Positions 58,475 to 64,000 of a stretch of 64,000 nt of DNA are shown here, in pieces. The DNA comes from Candidatus Thalassarchaeaceae archaeon (GTDB lineage: Archaea; Thermoplasmatota; Poseidoniia; Poseidoniales; Thalassarchaeaceae): positions 84,636 to 148,635 of the forward strand of contig JALRLV010000003.1 of assembly GCA_023268715.1 (NCBI GenBank). Reading direction: 5' to 3'. Made by a program: the position numbers and the translations under genes. Numbering within the stretch: position 1 is the first letter of the stretch; every line of letters starts with the position of its first letter. The notes beneath the pieces were generated by a model. The model saw only the letters and a list, made by a program, of their open reading frames with translations. It was not told the origin of the DNA and did not search any database.

Positions 58475-59686
58475 ATGGCCGAGTGGGAGACTATCGATCT
58501 TGCAAACCCTACCGAAGAGCACAGAATGCTACGAGAGATGGTCCGCGATTTTGTTCGTGAAGAGGTTGAACCGCAAGCATTGGAATACGACCGCGAAGAG
58601 AAATTCAACCTAGATTTGTTTCGAAAATTAGGCGAATATGGATTGCTCGGTATTTCTGTTCCAGCTGAGTATGGTGGCTCTGGAATGGATGCTACTTCAG
58701 TCGCAATAATTAACGAAGAATTGAGTTACTCCGATCCTGCTTTTTGTCTTGCTTATCTAGCCCATTCACAATTGATGGTAAACAATCTCGCCTTCAATGG
58801 AACAGAGGAACAGAAGGCAAGAATTTTGCCCAAGGTCTGCAGTGGAGAATGGGTCGGTTGTATGGCGATGAGTGAGCCAGGATATGGAACTGATGTTCTA
58901 GGAATGCAGACCACTGCTCAACAGAATGCAGACGGAGACTGGGTAATTAACGGTCGAAAAATGTGGATTACAAATGGCTCGATTGACGAGGAAGGAACTC
59001 CCGCAGATGTTTGTTGGTTGTATGCAAGGACCGGAACGGATTCTAAGGGTCGTGCTGAAATTACTACCTTCCTAGTGGAAAAGGACATGCCAGGGTTCAG
59101 CGTAGGTCAGAAAATCTACGATAAATCAGGTATGAGGGCTTCGAATACAGCAGAATTGGTTTTCGATGATTGTGTTGTTCCGGCTGAAAACATTGTAGGT
59201 TCGCCAGGCGAATCTATGATTCACATGATGCGCAATTTAGAGTTGGAAAGAATAGGACTCGCAGCAATGGGATTAGGAATAGCCCGAAGGTCACTGGCTG
59301 CAATGAATCAATACGCTAGTGAGAGGGAAGCATTTGGCCAAGAAATCAGAGATTTTGGACAGATCCAGAGACATATTGGGGAATCATGGGCTGAATATCG
59401 TGCAATGCGTGCTTACATCTATGATACTGCGAGAAACACAGACCTCTCAAAGTCAGGCAATAGATTAGACACAGATGGTGTCAAATTGTTTGGTACCACA
59501 GCTGCAAAGAATATCGCCGATCGAGCAATCCAGGTCATGGGTGGTTACGGCTATGTCGGTGAATACACTGTTGAGAGACTTTGGAGAGATGCAAAGCTCC
59601 TCGAAATTGGTGGTGGTACTTTGGAATCTCATCAGAAAAACATCACTCGAGATTTGGCTCGAATGCCAGAAAAAATCGAAGAGTGA
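58475..59686 (+). CDS. acyl-CoA dehydrogenase (isovaleryl-CoA dehydrogenase-like)
   Basis: MSEPG.GTD, NG.KMWITNG, K.GMRAS.T.EL.F, R.AFG, GGYGY and RDAKL.EIGGGT motifs. Confidence 0.92.
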   Translation: MAEWETIDLANPTEEHRMLREMVRDFVREEVEPQALEYDREEKFNLDLFRKLGEYGLLGISVPAEYGGSGMDATSVAIINEELSYSDPAFCLAYLAHSQLMVNNLAFNGTEEQKARILPKVCSGEWVGCMAMSEPGYGTDVLGMQTTAQQNADGDWVINGRKMWITNGSIDEEGTPADVCWLYARTGTDSKGRAEITTFLVEKDMPGFSVGQKIYDKSGMRASNTAELVFDDCVVPAENIVGSPGESMIHMMRNLELERIGLAAMGLGIARRSLAAMNQYASEREAFGQEIRDFGQIQRHIGESWAEYRAMRAYIYDTARNTDLSKSGNRLDTDGVKLFGTTAAKNIADRAIQVMGGYGYVGEYTVERLWRDAKLLEIGGGTLESHQKNITRDLARMPEKIEE

Positions 59687-59700
59687 ACCCTCTTGATTGG

Positions 59701-59776
59701 TGGTAGTCCCGCCCGGATTTGAACCAGGGTCCCCAGGACCAAAACCTGAGATGATGGACCGCTACACTACGGGACT
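59701..59776 (-). tRNA. tRNA-Gln(TTG)
   Basis: AGTCCCG/CGGGACT acceptor stem, TCAGG-TTTTGGT-CCTGG anticodon arm, encoded CCA. Confidence 0.93.
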
Positions 59777-59863
59777 ATGGCCCCGCGTGCTAGTGTGACC
59801 GCTTTGGACTTGACGGGCCGTGAAACCGCAGACTACAATAGAGTTCGGGGTGCCAAAGGGAAC

Positions 59864-62800
59864 ATGCGCCAGCGTCTTGCGATGTCGTTGGTTATGTTGA
59901 TGTTGACATCTATGATGTCATATGGGATAGTCGATAGTCAGAACCATGGGGCTGAGTATTATCCCAGCGTAAACTCAGAAACAAGAGAATTCATTCAAGA
60001 TTCAAGAGATGTTTATGTCAATCCAAACCCTTGGATAGAACCTAGCCTTTGGGACCGAGTTTATTCTGGGCAAGAGGAAATTCGTGTGACAGTAATCAGT
60101 CATTCGTTGAGAGAACTAAATGCATGGCAACATAAACACGGACAAATTGAAACTCAAACAGCTGCATTCGATGGCCAACAATTAGTGGTGACCGACTCAC
60201 CGGATGGCGTAATCGATCATCGGACATTTTGGTTAGACTCAGATATGTTTCACAAATTACCAGGAGTTGCAGGAATAATCGGTATTTTAGACGCTGAAAA
60301 CTCACCAGAACCATACGACACAAATCCACTAAGTGATGGAGAAAACCAACCCGCTTCTGTTAGATCAGGAGAAATACACGGGGCAACTGATGCATGGGAT
60401 AGAGGCTATTCTGGCGAAGGCATAATCGTTGCAGTGGCAGATACTGGAATTGACTTCGCCCATCCTGATTTGGATGGCACTCAGGCTAGAATTCAGGATG
60501 GCAACCAACACGATGGGTGGCCGATGATGTTCGACCATAACTCGATGTATTACTGGCTAGTTAATGGTGAAGCATATCCAGATAGAAACACTTGGTATGC
60601 GGATACGTCGACACTCGATTACGACAACGATTCTGATGGTATTTTGGACAACTCAGGTCACATCATTTCAGGTCTCCCTAGCTCGACTTCAGGAGTCTAT
60701 CACTTAGGTGAACATCCAGACTCTACTTTGAGAAGTCAAATGGGAGGAGATGTGCCGATTTTAGTCATCGATTCTGTCAGTAACGGAACATATGATATTG
60801 TCATCCCTGACATCAATCGTAATGGTAATTTTAGCGATGATGAATGGATGGTAAAGGGGAATGAAACCGCCGGCTTGGATGAAGATGGAGATGGAATTAG
60901 GGATGTTTCTGCTGGTTTGTTATATTGGATATCCGATGGAGTAAATGGCGTACCATATGGATCGGTATACTCTGCAAGGCATGGTTATTCCGACCGCATT
61001 GCTGGTGCAGGTAACCTCACATTGTTTATGCTTGATTCTGGCAATCATGGAACGTTGTGCGCCTCTGCAGTAGCGGCTCAAGCTCAAGTAAATAATGGGG
61101 CAGTTCTAGGAATGGCTCCCAATGCTACAATCGCCAGTATTGGTAATCACTACTCCGGAGGTCATTCTCTTGACGGTTGGAGGTGGATAGCGGAAGGAAA
61201 CGACGGAGATCCCAGCACTTGGGATGACCAACCTCACATCGGTTCGTTCTCATTTGGTTATTCTGGTATTGACGACTCAGGTGCAGATTCATATTCTCTT
61301 TACCTCGATTGGTTAACTCGCATTTACAATAATCAGACACATTACGCGGTTGCAATTGGAAATGGAGGGCACGGCTACGGTACTGTGAAAGTACCAGGCG
61401 CGGCACAAGGAATATTCTCGGTTGGAGCATTTTCAAGCCGTTCAAATATGCTATGGGGGCAAAGTGCACCATGGAACAATCGTGGCCCTAATATCGTTGG
61501 TAGGATGGATCCAGATATCGTTGCAGTGGGTTGGTCTGCAACCGGTGATATACCCCTCAATACACGCAATAATGGCAATTCAGCAACCACTACTTGGGGC
61601 GGAACCAGTCTCGCTACGCCAATCGCAGCGGGTCTGATGGCCGTGGTTGAGGAGGCTTGGCTGATCAATCGCGGAGATTTTCCTAAATCTCAGGAATTTA
61701 GGGACTTTGTTTTAGCTACCGCAGACGACAGGGGTTACGATCCATTTGTTCAAGGAGGTGGATGGTTCAATGCAAGTAGGGCAACCGCAACCCTAGATGG
61801 AGAAAACGGAACTTGGTCAGTAACTCCAAGTCAATGGATGACTGGTACCTTTCAAGGTGAACATCGAGATGCAAATATCAACGTGATTTATCCAGGTGAA
61901 TCTCAGACAGTACCGCTTGAATTAACCAATCATGGAGAAAGTCCGATTGATTTTCTTATTTCTCCTGTTAAACACGAAGCACTGGCTCACGAGGTAGGCC
62001 AGTGGCTCAGTATTGGTGATGGTAGTAGCGGCGGGGAAAACAACACCTGGGACGGGTATCAAAGCAATAGGCCCGACTTATTAATTCCGATACATGTCAA
62101 TAATACGAGCTATCAATTGCCTGCTCAAACTAATCTTGTAAGAGGAAGAGCGGTCATTGAATACGCAGCTTTTGATGGTGATTTAGATCGTTCGTCAAAT
62201 GAACGAATTGAACTTACGCTATATCGTTGGAGTGACGATGATGGAGATGGAATTTGGGTTGGTGACGAAGATAATGATTCAATGGTAGATGAGGTGGATT
62301 GGACAGAATCCTCTGAATTCGATGCCTATGGCACATGGTATCACCATGGTCCCCAAGCAGAATTCCGAGTAGGATTACCATTCGAAGACATGCAAGATGG
62401 CTTATTTTTAGGCGTTTCAAGAAAGGACTCATCTTCCTCAGGTTTGGAAAATGTAAGCATAGAATGGGATTGGACAGCCTTCGGACCGGTAAGTGACAAT
62501 TGGATTAGCCCTCGTCCAACAGGACAGGGAGCGCCTACTTTTTGGACAATATTACCTAACTCAACAACCACCTACAATTTCACAGTAAACGTGCCTTTAG
62601 ATGCAGAACCGGGGCTATATCAACATGGTTTGGTAATCAGTAGCTTTGAATTTGGCAATTTGTCATCACCCTTACATCAGTGGACTCTACCAGTTATCAC
62701 CAACGTACCCTATACAGCACCTATCGACATTATAGCTCGCCCGTTGGATGGAAATGTATCGAATCAGACCTTGTACGATGAATCATGGATTTCAGGCGCT

Positions 62801-64000
62801 CAAAGGTGGAGTTGGAGAGCCGAATCAGGCGATTGGCGAATAATGACGGTTGATTGGCCCGAGGCTCTAAACACGGGTGGAACCGCGATAATCGACGTAG
62901 ATTGGGATGATAATCCATACACAGATATAGATGTCTTGTGGATGTCTCAAACCCCTCATGGTTATTTTGAAGATGACCCAGTCGCTTACGGAAACTCGAC
63001 TTTCTACATTGAGGAACGCTCGATAAATAATCATCGAGGCTCCGGACGTCATGATTGGGGTACTTACACTGGAGAATCTAGGGAGGTGTTTGCTGTTCCA
63101 GTGTCTCCCGGTATCCATCAGATGGCTCTTCACACAGCTCATCATGGTGTTACAACCAATGATAACCCACTGAACATCTCCGTTGGCTACGTAACAGCGG
63201 AACGTTCTGCGTTCAACAAAGTCGTTACAGATTGGTCGAAATCCAGTGGTACTGAAGACATCCATATGGTTTCTACTGTTCCAATACCACTGCAGAGTAT
63301 CGAATCCTATGGTTGGACTCAACCTATCATTTTCGATAACGAAACTGCATACCAAGATGATTCAGGAGATAAGATGAGTGCTTCATGGTGGCATAATTTC
63401 TCAATGCAAAACGCCACAGAATTGAGCATAACTATGGATGCATATGAAGAAGCAGATTTGGATCTATATTTATTCAGGGATAACGACGAGGATGGAGTGT
63501 TTGAGTCTAATGAAGAAATATCAAGGTCTTGGAGTAGTACCAGCGCTGAAAGTATCGTAAGAGATAGCCCAGAGGATGGCAACTACTCTATTGCTGTGCA
63601 CGGTTGGTCAGTGAGTGAAAGTGTACAATTCTGGATAGATGTAGAGATTATCGCTGGAACCGCATTAACAGTGCTAAATGCTACTACACTTAATCAAAGC
63701 CAGATTGTTTCACAATGGCCCAATGGTTCTGAGGCTCTCGCGGGTGGATTACCTGTGGGTGCACTGGAATTAGAATTAGAATACCAAAGCCCGCCTTCCG
63801 AAGGGTTCTGGCAGGGTCACATAGAAGTCACGCTAGAAGGGGGAATTCCCATTAGGATGCCATTCAACTATGAATTGGTAGATTTAGACCCAGAATTAGA
63901 ATTCGTTACGCCTGAAAACCTTACTCAAACTAATGTTGTATTGCCAATTTCGCTTCACGCAAAAGATATTGGTAGCGGATTTAGTTTGTCTGATTTTACA
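59864..64000 (+). CDS. large secreted S8 serine peptidase (pyrolysin-like), partial; absent from the ORF track
   Basis: Hand translation from ATG 59864 (MRQRLAMSLVMLML...); VADTGID near 60435, NHGT near 61045, GNGG, and GGTSLATP near 61600; no stop seen before the window end. Confidence 0.92.
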   Translation, partial: MRQRLAMSLVMLMLTSMMSYGIVDSQNHGAEYYPSVNSETREFIQDSRDVYVNPNPWIEPSLWDRVYSGQEEIRVTVISHSLRELNAWQHKHGQIETQTAAFDGQQLVVTDSPDGVIDHRTFWLDSDMFHKLPGVAGIIGILDAENSPEPYDTNPLSDGENQPASVRSGEIHGATDAWDRGYSGEGIIVAVADTGIDFAHPDLDGTQARIQDGNQHDGWPMMFDHNSMYYWLVNGEAYPDRNTWYADTSTLDYDNDSDGILDNSGHIISGLPSSTSGVYHLGEHPDSTLRSQMGGDVPILVIDSVSNGTYDIVIPDINRNGNFSDDEWMVKGNETAGLDEDGDGIRDVSAGLLYWISDGVNGVPYGSVYSARHGYSDRIAGAGNLTLFMLDSGNHGTLCASAVAAQAQVNNGAVLGMAPNATIASIGNHYSGGHSLDGWRWIAEGNDGDPSTWDDQPHIGSFSFGYSGIDDSGADSYSLYLDWLTRIYNNQTHYAVAIGNGGHGYGTVKVPGAAQGIFSVGAFSSRSNMLWGQSAPWNNRGPNIVGRMDPDIVAVGWSATGDIPLNTRNNGNSATTTWGGTSLATPIAAGLMAVVEEAWLINRGDFPKSQEFRDFVLATADDRGYDPFVQGGGWFNASRATATLDGENGTWSVTPSQWMTGTFQGEHRDANINVIYPGESQTVPLELTNHGESPIDFLISPVKHEALAHEVGQWLSIGDGSSGGENNTWDGYQSNRPDLLIPIHVNNTSYQLPAQTNLVRGRAVIEYAAFDGDLDRSSNERIELTLYRWSDDDGDGIWVGDEDNDSMVDEVDWTESSEFDAYGTWYHHGPQAEFRVGLPFEDMQDGLFLGVSRKDSSSSGLENVSIEWDWTAFGPVSDNWISPRPTGQGAPTFWTILPNSTTTYNFTVNVPLDAEPGLYQHGLVISSFEFGNLSSPLHQWTLPVITNVPYTAPIDIIARPLDGNVSNQTLYDESWISGAQRWSWRAESGDWRIMTVDWPEALNTGGTAIIDVDWDDNPYTDIDVLWMSQTPHGYFEDDPVAYGNSTFYIEERSINNHRGSGRHDWGTYTGESREVFAVPVSPGIHQMALHTAHHGVTTNDNPLNISVGYVTAERSAFNKVVTDWSKSSGTEDIHMVSTVPIPLQSIESYGWTQPIIFDNETAYQDDSGDKMSASWWHNFSMQNATELSITMDAYEEADLDLYLFRDNDEDGVFESNEEISRSWSSTSAESIVRDSPEDGNYSIAVHGWSVSESVQFWIDVEIIAGTALTVLNATTLNQSQIVSQWPNGSEALAGGLPVGALELELEYQSPPSEGFWQGHIEVTLEGGIPIRMPFNYELVDLDPELEFVTPENLTQTNVVLPISLHAKDIGSGFSLSDFT

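Overview
Gene-dense archaeal chromosome segment. The gene content suggests Thermoplasmatota, most likely Marine Group II (Poseidoniales), which is an inference: archaeal DTD2, Cbf5, RpoL, EF-1beta, DGGGP synthase, GPN GTPase, archaeal AlaRS/AsnRS, RtcB and archease, alongside giant acidic surface proteins, S8 proteases, RND/MMPL transporters and bacterial-type ribA/guaC. It holds about 50 CDS, 6 intronless tRNAs with encoded CCA (Ser-GGA, Thr-GGT, Glu-CTC, His-GTG, Lys-CTT, Gln-TTG) and the RNase P RNA. No mobile element or CRISPR array was seen. The main signal is a shared promoter architecture at three separate loci: tandem A(C/G)TTTC hexamers, including an exact TTTCACTTTCA, followed about 15 nt later by an ATTG(A)TAT TATA-like box. 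It lies upstream of an OB-fold SSB-like gene, a small-ORF plus winged-helix operon, and an unknown 82-aa protein, and it resembles archaeal UV/DNA-damage response elements, suggesting an undescribed damage regulon. Other highlights are an unannotated structured RNA candidate and a C/D-like sRNA candidate after cbf5, a cytoplasmic polyproline protein with a mu-homology-like segment, a Ca-binding repeat protein with an embedded lysine-less lipoyl-like domain, and a 55-aa Zn-finger gene missed by the ORF track. All calls come from reading motifs by eye; no database searches were run.
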